Part shown: positions 36,852 through 47,072 of the stretch, one piece after another
How positions within the stretch are numbered: the stretch's first letter is position 1
Layout: the number at the start of each line of letters is the position of its first letter
IMG/VR virus record: IMGVR_UViG_3300038803_000201
Span: 4,188-68,187 of that record
Reading direction: 5' to 3' (one strand)
Length of the DNA stretch: 64,000 nt
Source: a virus
The notes under the pieces: model-generated
What the model was told of the DNA's origin: nothing
Databases searched by the model: none
Seen by the model: the letters and a program-made list of their open reading frames with translations, nothing else
Position numbers and translations under genes: made by a program

Positions 36852-38033
36852 CTAATCCTTGTATGGATCAAATTCCCTTTCACCAGCCATAGCTACACCG
36901 AGAGGACGAAGCGTGTGTGTGATTTCCAACATACCCTGATGTTCTGCCAATACATCAGTTAAACGCTTATAACAGTGAGGAGACTCATCTACACCCGCAC
37001 CGCGCAATTCGACATGTGCATTCTGAACCCAAGTGTCCATCATATCCTGAGTGACTTTACCGGCTCTCTTCACTTCACCAGTTTTCTTGTCGATTTTTCC
37101 CTTGGCTTCCATTCTTCCCATCACACGTCCAGCACCATGCACCGTAGAATACAAAGATAACTTGTGATCTTCGTGCTCCAAGCCGCGAACAATAACAGAG
37201 TTTTCACCCATAGAAGATCCGATAAAGCCACGCTGACCAGGATTGCAAGGAGTTGCTCCCTTACGTCCAACCCACAAAGCCTGCCCATCATGTACTTCCA
37301 ACCAGGTAAAGTTGTGGTGATTGTGAACCGAATCGATAATAGACCCACCAATGATGTTTGCTACTGTTTGACATACCCAGTCACGCCCAGCGTAAGCGTA
37401 TTCCCCAGCCAGCGCCATAGCCTGAATATACTGAACACCCAAGTCTGAATTAACGTCCAACACTAATGGAGCTACATCCATTCCATCTTGTGCGCCGCCC
37501 TTTTCTAAAAACCAAGTAGCAGTTTTGTGTCCCAATCCACGAGATCCGAAGTGACATCCAACCCAGATGAAATTATCCTGGTCAATGAAGATGTCAACAT
37601 AGTGATTACCAGACCCGACAGTTCCCAGCTGTTCCTGAGCCATTTTCTTGAGAGGCTTAACTGCTTCCAGTTCCCAGAAGTCGGAATCAAATAGATCGTG
37701 TTCTACTTTGGCATTGTTCTTGCGTCCAACACCAAACGAAACTTCCTGCATTACCCGATCCATAATAGCGGAAATGTTATCTGTAACGTGTTTGGCGTCT
37801 ACATCCAACTTAACCGCCTTATTCCCACATGCAATATCAAAACCGATTTCACTTGGAGAAATTTCATCTCTTCGAGCCACCACACCACCGATGGGGCATG
37901 CATAACCTTTGTGATGATCCGCCATCAGAGCGCCATGAATAGCATTGCCTGTCGCCATACAAGTTTGTATCTGTTTTACTGCAGATTCTTCTATAGGGTT
38001 ACCGAAAATCGCAAGATTGTTGATTTGTTTCAT
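36852..38033 (-). CDS. rtcB: RtcB RNA ligase
   Basis: MADHH.GY..PIGG, GFDIACG, GTVGSGNHY, HFGSRG, HHN, RKGATP, HGAGR, DESP..YK. Confidence 0.95.
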   Translation of the reverse strand: MKQINNLAIFGNPIEESAVKQIQTCMATGNAIHGALMADHHKGYACPIGGVVARRDEISPSEIGFDIACGNKAVKLDVDAKHVTDNISAIMDRVMQEVSFGVGRKNNAKVEHDLFDSDFWELEAVKPLKKMAQEQLGTVGSGNHYVDIFIDQDNFIWVGCHFGSRGLGHKTATWFLEKGGAQDGMDVAPLVLDVNSDLGVQYIQAMALAGEYAYAGRDWVCQTVANIIGGSIIDSVHNHHNFTWLEVHDGQALWVGRKGATPCNPGQRGFIGSSMGENSVIVRGLEHEDHKLSLYSTVHGAGRVMGRMEAKGKIDKKTGEVKRAGKVTQDMMDTWVQNAHVELRGAGVDESPHCYKRLTDVLAEHQGMLEITHTLRPLGVAMAGEREFDPYKD

Positions 38034-38117
38034 AAGACAATATTACAATATACACATATAATTTGCAAGAAAATCCTAGTTATATCATAAATATTATTAT
38101 CACAACCGATATCTAAT

Positions 38118-38834
38118 ATGGACTACACCAAAATTTACTTTCGTTTGACTTCCAATAAACAATTACGCCGTAAAGGGAAAGGTGTTTACTACGAAAAACA
38201 TCACATAATACCCAAATCTATGGGTGGATCCAATGAACATAGTAATTTATGTTTACTAACATCAAAAGAACATTTTTTGGCTCATCGTTTATTGGTTAAA
38301 ATATATCCAAATGACAAACGTATGCAATATGCTTTGTTCTGTATGGCTGCACGACGACCGGTGAGCGGCAGAATAATAAATTCGCGGCAATATGAAATTG
38401 CTAGAAGATTTATGGTGCAATTAGCATCAGAAAAAAAAGGTATACTGAATCCGTTTTTTAAAAAGAAGCATTCGGAAGAGTTTAAAGAAGAACAGCGCAG
38501 AAAAGGCAGACTGAGAACCGGATCAAAAAACGCTAACTTTGGTAACAAGTGGACACAGAAACAAAAGGATGTTATATCCAAATTAAATAAAGGTCGATTG
38601 TTGGGTGATAAAAACCCAGCGAAACATCCAAGTGCCCGGAAGAAATTAAGTGAAGGCAAATTGGGAAGCAAAAACCCTAGAGCACAGGAATGGCCACTAG
38701 AAAACAAATTAACTGGTGAACTGATAACCGTAAATGGCGGAATAAATCGTTTCCTGAAGCAATATCCAGGTAGCTCTTTATTCAAAGTGAAATCAAGAAC
38801 AGATCCCAATTTCAACCTACATCAGCCGCGATGA
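38118..38834 (+). CDS. HNH homing endonuclease with NUMOD3-like repeats
   Basis: YYEKHHIIPKSMGGSN..NL..LT.KEHFLAHRLL; CATAAATA late box. Confidence 0.92.
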   Translation: MDYTKIYFRLTSNKQLRRKGKGVYYEKHHIIPKSMGGSNEHSNLCLLTSKEHFLAHRLLVKIYPNDKRMQYALFCMAARRPVSGRIINSRQYEIARRFMVQLASEKKGILNPFFKKKHSEEFKEEQRRKGRLRTGSKNANFGNKWTQKQKDVISKLNKGRLLGDKNPAKHPSARKKLSEGKLGSKNPRAQEWPLENKLTGELITVNGGINRFLKQYPGSSLFKVKSRTDPNFNLHQPR

Positions 38835-39027
38835 TAACGCCATTTTTTGTCTTGATATTGATTCTATTTGCTCGCCAATCCAATGTTATCATCTGCCCTA
38901 CACCATCTTTCTGAATCTCACGCAAATGTATTTCGTGTTTATCTAGAAGCGATTTAGCTATTCCCATTTCCATTCCAATAATCTTGGGAATAAACTCTTC
39001 TGTACGGGATACTATTATATTGTCCAT
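38812..39027 (-). CDS. peptidase-inhibitor I78/I13-like small protein
   Basis: IGM......MITLDWRANRINI..KNGVI. Confidence 0.6.
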   Translation of the reverse strand: MDNIIVSRTEEFIPKIIGMEMGIAKSLLDKHEIHLREIQKDGVGQMITLDWRANRINIKTKNGVIIAADVG

Positions 39028-39390
39028 TTATATCCGGTTTACTTCTTTTTCGAGCCGGTCTAGCAAAAAGGCTGTGTGATTCTGCATACTGTCAATGACG
39101 TACAGTAGCGTCGAAGGCTGCTTAGCTATGTCTCCAGATGCCTGATCTCCCAGTCTCGGCCCAACAAAAACATTCAATTTTTCGCCTAGCATATTAACAA
39201 GTCCATTAAGCACAGCATTACTTTTTTCCAGACGTGCTGCGATCTGACCAAGATGATCCTGGATAGTGGGCTCTACCCCTTGTACGGGCTCAGGTGCCAT
39301 CTGTGCCCCCGTATACGCGGGCGCGGATACCACATATGATGAAAGTTCTACTTGTTTTAATGATTTTGCGTTATTTGCTACTACTGCCAT
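39028..39390 (-). CDS. hypothetical protein
   Basis: AAGGAG SD. Confidence 0.7.
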   Translation of the reverse strand: MAVVANNAKSLKQVELSSYVVSAPAYTGAQMAPEPVQGVEPTIQDHLGQIAARLEKSNAVLNGLVNMLGEKLNVFVGPRLGDQASGDIAKQPSTLLYVIDSMQNHTAFLLDRLEKEVNRI

Positions 39391-39401
39391 AATAATTCTC
39401 C

Positions 39402-39614
39402 TTATTTAATCCATTCGTTTATACCGTAATCCATCGCATCCTCAATAGATTCCTTGGGATGGGACTTCAAATAAATCATAGCTGACCATATGATTTCTAC
39501 TGTTAGTGAATGTTTATCTCCCTGTTTAATCGCTTCAGAGATGGCTTTAAGATCGTTTTCGTGATGATAAACTGTTCCTTCAGGATGTTTATCTTTTGAT
39601 TTTAATTTGCCCAT
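39402..39614 (-). CDS. hypothetical protein
   Basis: TAATAT-6nt-ATG. Confidence 0.7.
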   Translation of the reverse strand: MGKLKSKDKHPEGTVYHHENDLKAISEAIKQGDKHSLTVEIIWSAMIYLKSHPKESIEDAMDYGINEWIK

Positions 39615-39764
39615 GGATAAATATTACCATTAACATCTAAATATTCCACAAAGAAATTATAAGTATTTTGATATGAACAGTAATCTATTGAAGTGGTTTT
39701 CAATAGAAACCTAAAGGCGACTAAAGGCTGTCCTGTTCGAATATACTTAATAAAAGGTGACAAT

Positions 39765-40490
39765 ATGCAAATAGAAAATTCTGATAAACCTCACGGGTAT
39801 ATCTATAAACTCACGAATCCTGTCAATGGTAAATGTTATATAGGACAAACCTTAGATGTTCCCACTATTCGTTGGCAACACTACAAATGTTTAAATTGCA
39901 AAGATCAGCCTAAACTATATAATGCGCTGAAGAAATATAAACCGGAAACGTTTATATATGAAATAGTTTGTTCAACTGCCACAGATCAACAAGCCCTTGA
40001 CGAGCAAGAAATAAAATATATAATACAGTTTGATAGTATTAGACATGGATATAATATTAAGATGGGTGGAGGAGGTGGTCAACATAACAACGACACCAAA
40101 AGGAAAATATCCGATTCATTAGAACGATGGTATGCTGCTAATGGCACCGATCATAAAAGGGGATCCAATAATCCTATGTTCGGAAAACACCACAGCGACC
40201 AATCACTCCAGAAAATCCGTGAAGCAAACAAGAACAAAAAACTGTCTATTGAACACATCCAGAGACTCATAAAAGCTAATACAGGCAAAAAGAATTCACC
40301 AGAAACCATACAAAAACGGATAGAATCAAGACGTGGATATTACCATTCAGAAGAAACGAAGAAACGAATATCTAAATCTAAAAAAGGGCTTCAAACGCGT
40401 CTTGGTGCAGTCCTCTCACAAGAAACACGTCAAAGGATATCAGAATCTTTACGCCGTCGGGCGGCTGGTCGTGTTAGTCTTGTTCCGTAA
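39765..40490 (+). CDS. GIY-YIG homing endonuclease (paralog of 2972..3751)
   Basis: GYIYKLTNPVNGKCYIGQT, QPKLYNAL.KY, GYN, NUMOD3-like repeats. Confidence 0.92.
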   Translation: MQIENSDKPHGYIYKLTNPVNGKCYIGQTLDVPTIRWQHYKCLNCKDQPKLYNALKKYKPETFIYEIVCSTATDQQALDEQEIKYIIQFDSIRHGYNIKMGGGGGQHNNDTKRKISDSLERWYAANGTDHKRGSNNPMFGKHHSDQSLQKIREANKNKKLSIEHIQRLIKANTGKKNSPETIQKRIESRRGYYHSEETKKRISKSKKGLQTRLGAVLSQETRQRISESLRRRAAGRVSLVP

Positions 40491-41105
40491 AATCATCATA
40501 TACGCCTTTATAACCTCATCGTCAGAGATAGGGATATATTTTTGAACATCCACACCAACATTATACATCAAGTAATTTCCGTGTTTGTGGTTATGAAACT
40601 TATATTGCCATGCGTTATGCACATGCCCACACAATTGAAAGTCCGTATTGTTCAGAACATATTCGACTAAACCCCTATCATACATATTCCCATTCTCGAT
40701 CGGATAATGGGAAACGAAAACATTGAAATGGGAAATCTTTGTAAATAAATGTGTGGCAGCAGCTTTGACTTTATTATTTCTGTCATGATTTCCGAGGGTA
40801 AGCGTCCACGAACCATTCAAACATGCAATGTAGTCCTGTGGATTGTTCTTCAATCCTGGCGTTCCTTTGACCATTCCACGATTAATGAAGTCACCAACAT
40901 GAACAACCAAGTCCTCAGGCTTGACCCTCATGTTGAAGTTCTTGATCAGGAAATTGTCCATTCGCTCCGCACAAGCCAAAGCAGCTACATCAGAAACCCA
41001 ATTACCCTTTTCATCTACATCGGTTTTACGCAGGGAAGGGCGATTACAGTATCTTGCAATGTTTGCGTGTCCGAAATGTAAATCCGCTGTCCAATATCTC
41101 TTCAT
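40449..41105 (-). CDS. calcineurin-like metallophosphoesterase
   Basis: DLHFGH, GD, GNHD, HYP, GHVH, NVGVD. Confidence 0.9.
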   Translation of the reverse strand: MKRYWTADLHFGHANIARYCNRPSLRKTDVDEKGNWVSDVAALACAERMDNFLIKNFNMRVKPEDLVVHVGDFINRGMVKGTPGLKNNPQDYIACLNGSWTLTLGNHDRNNKVKAAATHLFTKISHFNVFVSHYPIENGNMYDRGLVEYVLNNTDFQLCGHVHNAWQYKFHNHKHGNYLMYNVGVDVQKYIPISDDEVIKAYMMILRNKTNTTSRPTA

Positions 41106-41124
41106 TTAATACATTCTCTGTGTT

Positions 41125-41427
41125 TTAGGTTGGATTATAATCAAGTGCTTCTTTGTACTCGTTAGCTTCCAACTGTTTCAATTTGCTAAATGCATCCCTA
41201 AACCCATCTACCATATTATCGGGATGGGTATGATTGTTGATAGTATATGATACTACATCGATTTCTGCCACGTCTTTCTTTTGGAAATATAGGCACAAAC
41301 ACGTAGGATGTTCAATCAATTCCAGATTATAACGTTCGAAGAAGGGGGCTGTAGAGTCCGGAAGATTGATCTTAGTGCTTTCCCATTCCTTCGCGCCTAC
41401 TTTTTTCGCTTTGACTTCGACTTGCAT
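41125..41427 (-). CDS. hypothetical protein
   Basis: ORF in operon. Confidence 0.6.
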   Translation of the reverse strand: MQVEVKAKKVGAKEWESTKINLPDSTAPFFERYNLELIEHPTCLCLYFQKKDVAEIDVVSYTINNHTHPDNMVDGFRDAFSKLKQLEANEYKEALDYNPT

Positions 41428-41666
41428 TTAGGGGGGCCCTCTAAGATGACACACTCCACACAATCCTTAATCAGTTTATCTTGATGGTCCATAAGGCTAG
41501 CATAGAACATGGGATGATCAAATCCGTAACCCATGTCATCAGTAAATACAACTGTTGCTGTGGTCAAACTCATATTCTCGTCAAGCCCCATAGCCATCAG
41601 TTTTTTCTTGGACTTAGGGCCAACACCTTTAAGGCGTACTTGAAATGTTACATATTTCTTTTTCAT
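41397..41666 (-). CDS. hypothetical protein
   Basis: ORF in operon. Confidence 0.6.
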   Translation of the reverse strand: MKKKYVTFQVRLKGVGPKSKKKLMAMGLDENMSLTTATVVFTDDMGYGFDHPMFYASLMDHQDKLIKDCVECVILEGPPKCKSKSKRKK

Positions 41667-41667
41667 C

Positions 41668-41889
41668 TCAATCCTCTACCACTTGCACGTATCCCAGTCC
41701 ATCGCAAGTGAGACAAGGCCCGCTATTGTAGTTTTTTCCCCAATCCGGATGTGGATAAGGCATCACGCTTGACCCCGTTTCATCCCAGAATTCTGTTCCA
41801 CTATTATCACAACAAGGGCATTTACGATATATCACCTTACCTGTGATAATGGCTCTTAGATCTTCTATACTGATTTCAATATAGCTCAT
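41668..41889 (-). CDS. DnaJ-type zinc-finger small protein
   Basis: CPCCDNSG...CLTCDGLG. Confidence 0.7.
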   Translation of the reverse strand: MSYIEISIEDLRAIITGKVIYRKCPCCDNSGTEFWDETGSSVMPYPHPDWGKNYNSGPCLTCDGLGYVQVVED

Positions 41890-42380
41890 CAGATCACCTC
41901 GAACTCATCACCGAGAACACGGATCTTGCGAATGTTGTCGATCTTGACGTCACGCACCACCACTTCCTTCTCCAAGGCTTCCTGGGTGTGGGGCTTGTGT
42001 GATTCCTGAAGGAACGGTTCGAGAGTGGACTTTTCCAGCACGGCGCCGTTGTACTTAAAGATCGGATCGGAGGCACCCTGGACTTTAACTGGCAGATAAT
42101 AGAATCCTTTGTGCTCAATCCAATTATTTTCCCACTTCCCCCAGGCCCTGGGTTGCGCAACAAAATTAGTTTCTTTGCCTTCACGGTCGAGTTGGCGATT
42201 AACCGAACTGGTATAATCGTATCCGATGGCTCCAGACAGAGTCACCACTTTAGTCGCCCCCACATAAGGATTTCCCGTTTTACGCATCCGGGCTTCGGAC
42301 TCCATGTCAATAGACACGAATGTGGTGCCTTTAACACCATTGATAATTTCTCGCAGCTCGTCTTTGGTAATTTTCTTCAT
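41889..42380 (-). CDS. hypothetical conserved phage protein
   Basis: AAGGA SD; biased codons. Confidence 0.8.
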   Translation of the reverse strand: MKKITKDELREIINGVKGTTFVSIDMESEARMRKTGNPYVGATKVVTLSGAIGYDYTSSVNRQLDREGKETNFVAQPRAWGKWENNWIEHKGFYYLPVKVQGASDPIFKYNGAVLEKSTLEPFLQESHKPHTQEALEKEVVVRDVKIDNIRKIRVLGDEFEVI

Positions 42381-42682
42381 TCGATTCCTTTCATTATGCA
42401 TATGATAGTATGTATGGCGTCTTCTGGCAACGCTTTTCGTAAATAAAAGCATACGGTGCACTGAGATTAGGCCTTCATGTACACCCGAATAGTGTGAATG
42501 TCTTCGGGGAGCGCCCTCAGATCAATATAAGCGCCGTCGTCATATTTCACATCCCCTACAACACGGATATCGACTTCGAACATAGCATCTCTCAATTCTT
42601 TTTCTGTGCAGTCTGTGTTGAGCGACTAGTGTAGTACTCCGGGTACAGTCCGTGAACGGCGATAGCGACATGCCGGTGGCTT

Positions 42683-42967
42683 TCAACGCACCGTTACGAC
42701 ACGCTCCGTCCTGCACGTCTTCAAGCCGAGGCACAGCGGCCCGACGATTATCGACCAGATTACTGCGCCACCGTCTGCGTGCGTTGTCCGGTGGATTGCC
42801 ACCGGCATCACGTAGCGGAAGCCCGCCTTGTCCTCGACCCACCAGTACGGTTCTCGCCACGATGCAAGCTCTGCTCTCACGATCATCGGAAACCTCCAAC
42901 ATCCGGCCGTGGCGTTCCCGCGTTCCCACGCCTCCGCAATCGCAATCCGTTGTGCTTCTGGCGTCAT
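42683..42967 (-). CDS. cassette-associated hypothetical protein
   Basis: GC-rich, ATGA-coupled, ends in attC half-site. Confidence 0.5.
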   Translation of the reverse strand: MTPEAQRIAIAEAWERGNATAGCWRFPMIVRAELASWREPYWWVEDKAGFRYVMPVAIHRTTHADGGAVIWSIIVGPLCLGLKTCRTERVVTVR

Positions 42968-43353
42968 TTCGCACCTTCCTTTTCCAGCGCGGCTGAATCG
43001 CGTCTCAACTGCATGTTGGACAGCTTGTTAATCAATCGTCGCCACGATTTGATCTGACTGCGCCATCTTCGGATGTGCTTCATGTGCGGATTCGATGGCA
43101 TCCCCTTGTATATGAGTGTCGGAGTGTGTGCGTCTATTAGCGACTCGTTCCACTCAATGGCACAACTCAAAGCAAGAAGAAGCATACGCAGATCCTGTCC
43201 AACAAGGGCCTTCACAGTACGCTCCTGCCGCGTCCGTGTCAGTGCGTCCACACTACATAGGTTGATTCCCATGTTGTTCGGGATCACCTCCAGCGGGAGC
43301 GGGGATTCCTTCGTCTCGATAAGCTCCATTGCCGTCTTAGTCGTTGTCTTCAT
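42964..43353 (-). CDS. cassette-borne ORF, probable fusion of two cassettes
   Basis: Reads through an internal truncated attC (ERTVKALVGQ). Confidence 0.55.
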   Translation of the reverse strand: MKTTTKTAMELIETKESPLPLEVIPNNMGINLCSVDALTRTRQERTVKALVGQDLRMLLLALSCAIEWNESLIDAHTPTLIYKGMPSNPHMKHIRRWRSQIKSWRRLINKLSNMQLRRDSAALEKEGAK

Positions 43354-43560
43354 ACTCTCTGTCTTTTCAGTTGGGAGCGCCGAACAAGGCGCCCCAGATT
43401 ATCTCGCTTCTCTCGAAATCTGAGCTTTGCTGTTGGACCTCTCCGACCGCAGGCGGTCGTGGATGGTGTAGTCATGGCGTCTCCTTGCTGTCGCCCGACG
43501 ATGAGCGGCGTTCAAATCCCTCACACCCTTAATAACATAACATGCCCCCATAATAATCTC

Positions 43561-43935
43561 CTATTTCTCCGGTATTGTTCCGTTTTCGACCATTTGTTTA
43601 ATTTCGTCTTCTGTTTTGCCCTCTCTTAGCAAACGTGCTGCTGGGCGACAAATGTAGTTCTGGCATAACAGATCCCATGATCCGTACTTTTTAACACCAG
43701 CTTCGATTCGCTGATTTGTAATGTATACCCACCGACCAGTTAAACGACAGCGAATACGGTTTTTGAATTTGGGGATTTCGTCTATCATTCCCTCTTTCAA
43801 TTGTTTGCCCACCATGGAAGTATAATTGGCTTTGAGATTCTCTTCACTTCCGTATTTGGCTAATACCTTAGCATACCGTTTATCCGTCATGTAAATGATA
43901 TTACCTGTAACCGTACATCTTACTTTGTTTACCAT
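43561..43935 (-). CDS. hypothetical protein with two internal repeats
   Basis: C..TG..IY.T..R.....KYGS...L..NY occurs twice. Confidence 0.75.
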   Translation of the reverse strand: MVNKVRCTVTGNIIYMTDKRYAKVLAKYGSEENLKANYTSMVGKQLKEGMIDEIPKFKNRIRCRLTGRWVYITNQRIEAGVKKYGSWDLLCQNYICRPAARLLREGKTEDEIKQMVENGTIPEK

Positions 43936-43952
43936 AATTATTTCCTTTTCAC

Positions 43953-44447
43953 TTACAGCGAGTCAGCGCATTTTTCTCCTAGCATTCGCTCACAATAATC
44001 TAAATCCTTTTTCAGCTCTTCAATTTTAACTGCTATAGCCTCTTTAGAATGCCGGGTAAACACTACATTCCCTGTGTGATCTCTAATATTGCCTTCAGCA
44101 TCTACGTGAATATTTTTAGATTGTACGACTCGAATTTCCTTTTGCTTGTCTTTCTCAGATAAAGATAAAAATCTTAATATGTCTTCGGCCATATTAAAAG
44201 AGGATGGCAACTGATATTTCATGCCACCATTGACTGTAAATTGTACACTTTCGCTGAAATACTGCTTAGTTTTAGCTGACAGGAAGGATGCTAATGTATC
44301 AAGATCCGGTGCCATCTTAGCATAAATTGCGGGGTCAAATGTATCCGTTGGCCCGGCAATTTTAGAATATCCGTTCTTCTTGATATGCCATACCCCTTCA
44401 CCAAACTCTTCACCAAACCTTTTGCTTTTGTATAACATCTTAGCCAT
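43953..44447 (-). CDS. hypothetical protein
   Basis: Coupled to the vWA gene. Confidence 0.7.
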   Translation of the reverse strand: MAKMLYKSKRFGEEFGEGVWHIKKNGYSKIAGPTDTFDPAIYAKMAPDLDTLASFLSAKTKQYFSESVQFTVNGGMKYQLPSSFNMAEDILRFLSLSEKDKQKEIRVVQSKNIHVDAEGNIRDHTGNVVFTRHSKEAIAVKIEELKKDLDYCERMLGEKCADSL

Positions 44448-45747
44448 ATCCTTCTTCTGTATCCGTCAGGCGACACACAGCACCAAGATGTTTGATGTGG
44501 TCGTCAATCCCATTTTTAGTGAGAACAAATATCACATTACCTTGAGGAACTTCGGGACTAGATTCAATATAACCATCCGTCAGGATAATATGGAGACGGC
44601 ACTTATATCCCTTCTCATCACAATAATCTTTATAGGATGTCAGTCGAGTACCACCGTTACAATCCCGAAGTTTAATGTCAGACAGCGTATGCTTATTCTG
44701 GCGATTAAATTCGAAATCGTTCTCAGGATGTAAAACTGCATCCCAGAACATAATGCGAGCTTTAATCTGTTCATATGAGTTTAAGATGCCGGCAATCTCA
44801 TTGACGAAGTATTGACGGTCCGGCATAGTAGAGCCCGACACATCAACACTGACAAATACCTCCAGATTCTCCCTAAGCACCCGCGGAGTCCATACACCAG
44901 TTCCGTAGAATCTGCGACCAGGCAACCGATTGGTATAATCAACTGGGATTTCGTTAGTGATGAACTTCATGACCCGCGTACGCCAATCCACGACAGGATT
45001 GAGAATCTTATCAATGATGCCCTCTGCACACCCAGGGAGTTTTCCTCGAGCTCTGGCGGTAGTAGCTGCTTCCACCACAACCTGCTTCCATTTGTTCTCC
45101 ATAGCTGCTGTAGCAGCAGCGGCACAACTTCCAGGGGAATCCTCTTCGCCACATTCTTCCCCAGAATGACCCCCCTGCCCGTCAGAATCCCCAGACAAAT
45201 GAATATCAAACCCCCCATGCCCCTTGTCTTTATTACCCTTTCCGCCCGACCCCGTTTTGCCTTGAATGTATATGGTGATCTTTTGAACATCTTTATACAA
45301 TTCGTCGTACACTTCTTCGGTAGTTTTCCCGACAACACTATACGTCTTTTTACCGATAGTATACTCGCCGTTTTTTGTAGGTACATACCCATCAGAAGGG
45401 GTGACGAATCCCTCCTGCAAAAGAATAAAGTTGATAACCATATCAGAAGCAATATTCCATATCATCGGGTCTCTCTTTCTTATCCGAAAGAAATCCCCCT
45501 TGGCTATATGCATGGTTTCATGAACAAGCAATCCGCGGATTTCTTCGTCCTTCAATCCCAAAATCCAGGCATCATTATAGAATAAATTGCCGTATTTGTT
45601 AACGGCTGCGGAAGGCACAGACGCATTATCCGCGGTAGCAGATACCTTGAAGTTCATCAAGATATAAGAAAAGAACGGATTAGATTCTTGCAGCCTTACC
45701 ATCTCACGGATGAGCTTCTCATGTGCGGATTTAATTGCAAAGTTCAT
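44440..45747 (-). CDS. DUF2201-type metallopeptidase with vWA domain
   Basis: HETMH, WNIASD..IN, VDWR, DVSGS MIDAS, GGT, LTDG. Confidence 0.9.
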   Translation of the reverse strand: MNFAIKSAHEKLIREMVRLQESNPFFSYILMNFKVSATADNASVPSAAVNKYGNLFYNDAWILGLKDEEIRGLLVHETMHIAKGDFFRIRKRDPMIWNIASDMVINFILLQEGFVTPSDGYVPTKNGEYTIGKKTYSVVGKTTEEVYDELYKDVQKITIYIQGKTGSGGKGNKDKGHGGFDIHLSGDSDGQGGHSGEECGEEDSPGSCAAAATAAMENKWKQVVVEAATTARARGKLPGCAEGIIDKILNPVVDWRTRVMKFITNEIPVDYTNRLPGRRFYGTGVWTPRVLRENLEVFVSVDVSGSTMPDRQYFVNEIAGILNSYEQIKARIMFWDAVLHPENDFEFNRQNKHTLSDIKLRDCNGGTRLTSYKDYCDEKGYKCRLHIILTDGYIESSPEVPQGNVIFVLTKNGIDDHIKHLGAVCRLTDTEEGYG

Positions 45748-45800
45748 AGATTCCTTATTATATCGCCATTATAAGAGAAAGTTGGTCCTTATTCAAGCGA

Positions 45801-45832
45801 AAAGCCGGGTGTTTAGGAAAACACCCGGCTTT
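45801..45832 (-). terminator. intrinsic terminator
   Basis: AAAGCCGGGTGTTT..AAACACCCGGCTTT. Confidence 0.8.
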
Positions 45833-45835
45833 CCT

Positions 45836-46960
45836 TTACGTCAGGTTATCCAGAAGATACTTAGCGTACTTTCCAGCAAACGCTTTTTGGCGATTCAATG
45901 CCGTCAAAGACTTTTTCCACACAGAACGATTAGCATTGGAGATCATACGATAACTGAATACCGCAAAATCCTCACGAAGATTGTCGGCAACCGTGAAGAT
46001 TTTATCATGCAGCTTGACGTCGTCCGGATGGCGTTTGAACTGATCAGCCAAACCGGCACTAATAGCATACTGCTTATCCAGAATCATGCTATTAACACTG
46101 GCAGGATTTGCAAAAATCGCGGGCCAATCCAACTGCTTGTACACCTTGCAATATGCCTGGAATTCAGTGGCAAAAGATTCACCACACGAAATAGATGCCA
46201 TCATGTGGGCATGATTGCTTCCGATGTCCATGTCGCCCAACAAATTGGAGGCACGAGCGACGCCACGCGGAGTGGAGGGCTTCTCTGCCTTGACCTTGTC
46301 AGCGTTATACAGATTGGCGGGTTTCCAATTGATGAACGAAATCAAATGAGAATTAATATTGCTACGCGCCGCCCAGTTGATCCAAGCATCGACATCAATT
46401 TCCACTTCACATTCCGCGAATCGATCGCGCAACGGCAGAGGCATATCAAAGGTATGCGCCTTGTCTTGTGAACGGTTGCCTGCCGCGAAAATATACACCT
46501 TATCAGAGATACGCCGATCCGAGATCACGCGATCATGAATCGCACTGTACGTGATGCTCTGGACGATACTAGGAGCAAGATTAAGCTCGTCAAAAAACAG
46601 AACACCAGCGGCAGCAGCATTTGTGAAATACACAACCCAGCTGTATGGAATATTTTCCAACAAATCCGTCTTAGTCATATTAGGAATACCTACCAATGAT
46701 GTGGTGTCCATTTGTGACGTTCTTGCATCCATGAATACAAAATATTCAGACGGCTTTTCGATGCAGGTTTTTCTGTCTTCGAGTGTCAGATCAGACCACT
46801 CAACAAAAAGGCGACCTTCTTTTTCTGCCGTCTTTTTAAACAATTGACGAGGAATAGCGCTTTTTCCAATTCCAGGCCCCCCTTGAACAAACAAGGGTTG
46901 TTTTGCGTTGTAGCATGACTGTAACAAGAGCTCATATTCCGGTGTTTTGACTGTATACAT
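45836..46960 (-). CDS. MoxR/AAA_5-like ATPase (partner of DUF2201-vWA)
   Basis: GGPGIGKS, LFFDELN, AAGN, LRDRF, TPR. Confidence 0.9.
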   Translation of the reverse strand: MYTVKTPEYELLLQSCYNAKQPLFVQGGPGIGKSAIPRQLFKKTAEKEGRLFVEWSDLTLEDRKTCIEKPSEYFVFMDARTSQMDTTSLVGIPNMTKTDLLENIPYSWVVYFTNAAAAGVLFFDELNLAPSIVQSITYSAIHDRVISDRRISDKVYIFAAGNRSQDKAHTFDMPLPLRDRFAECEVEIDVDAWINWAARSNINSHLISFINWKPANLYNADKVKAEKPSTPRGVARASNLLGDMDIGSNHAHMMASISCGESFATEFQAYCKVYKQLDWPAIFANPASVNSMILDKQYAISAGLADQFKRHPDDVKLHDKIFTVADNLREDFAVFSYRMISNANRSVWKKSLTALNRQKAFAGKYAKYLLDNLT

Positions 46961-47072
46961 ATTATGACCTTTCGTAATTGTTGATATATTAAATTAAAGT
47001 TGGCCCAAGGTCCCGCCAAAATTATTTATTTTTTTTGTGTGAAATTGAGCCCGCCGTCGCATAAATATTTAT

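Larger units (their letters stand above)
42670..43516 (+). mobile_element. Third attC-like cassette cluster, partly deleted
   Basis: R' GTTGGACAG at 43015 matches R'' CTGTCCAAC at 43195; intact attC 43379-43438; half-sites at 42693 and 43510. Confidence 0.75.
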
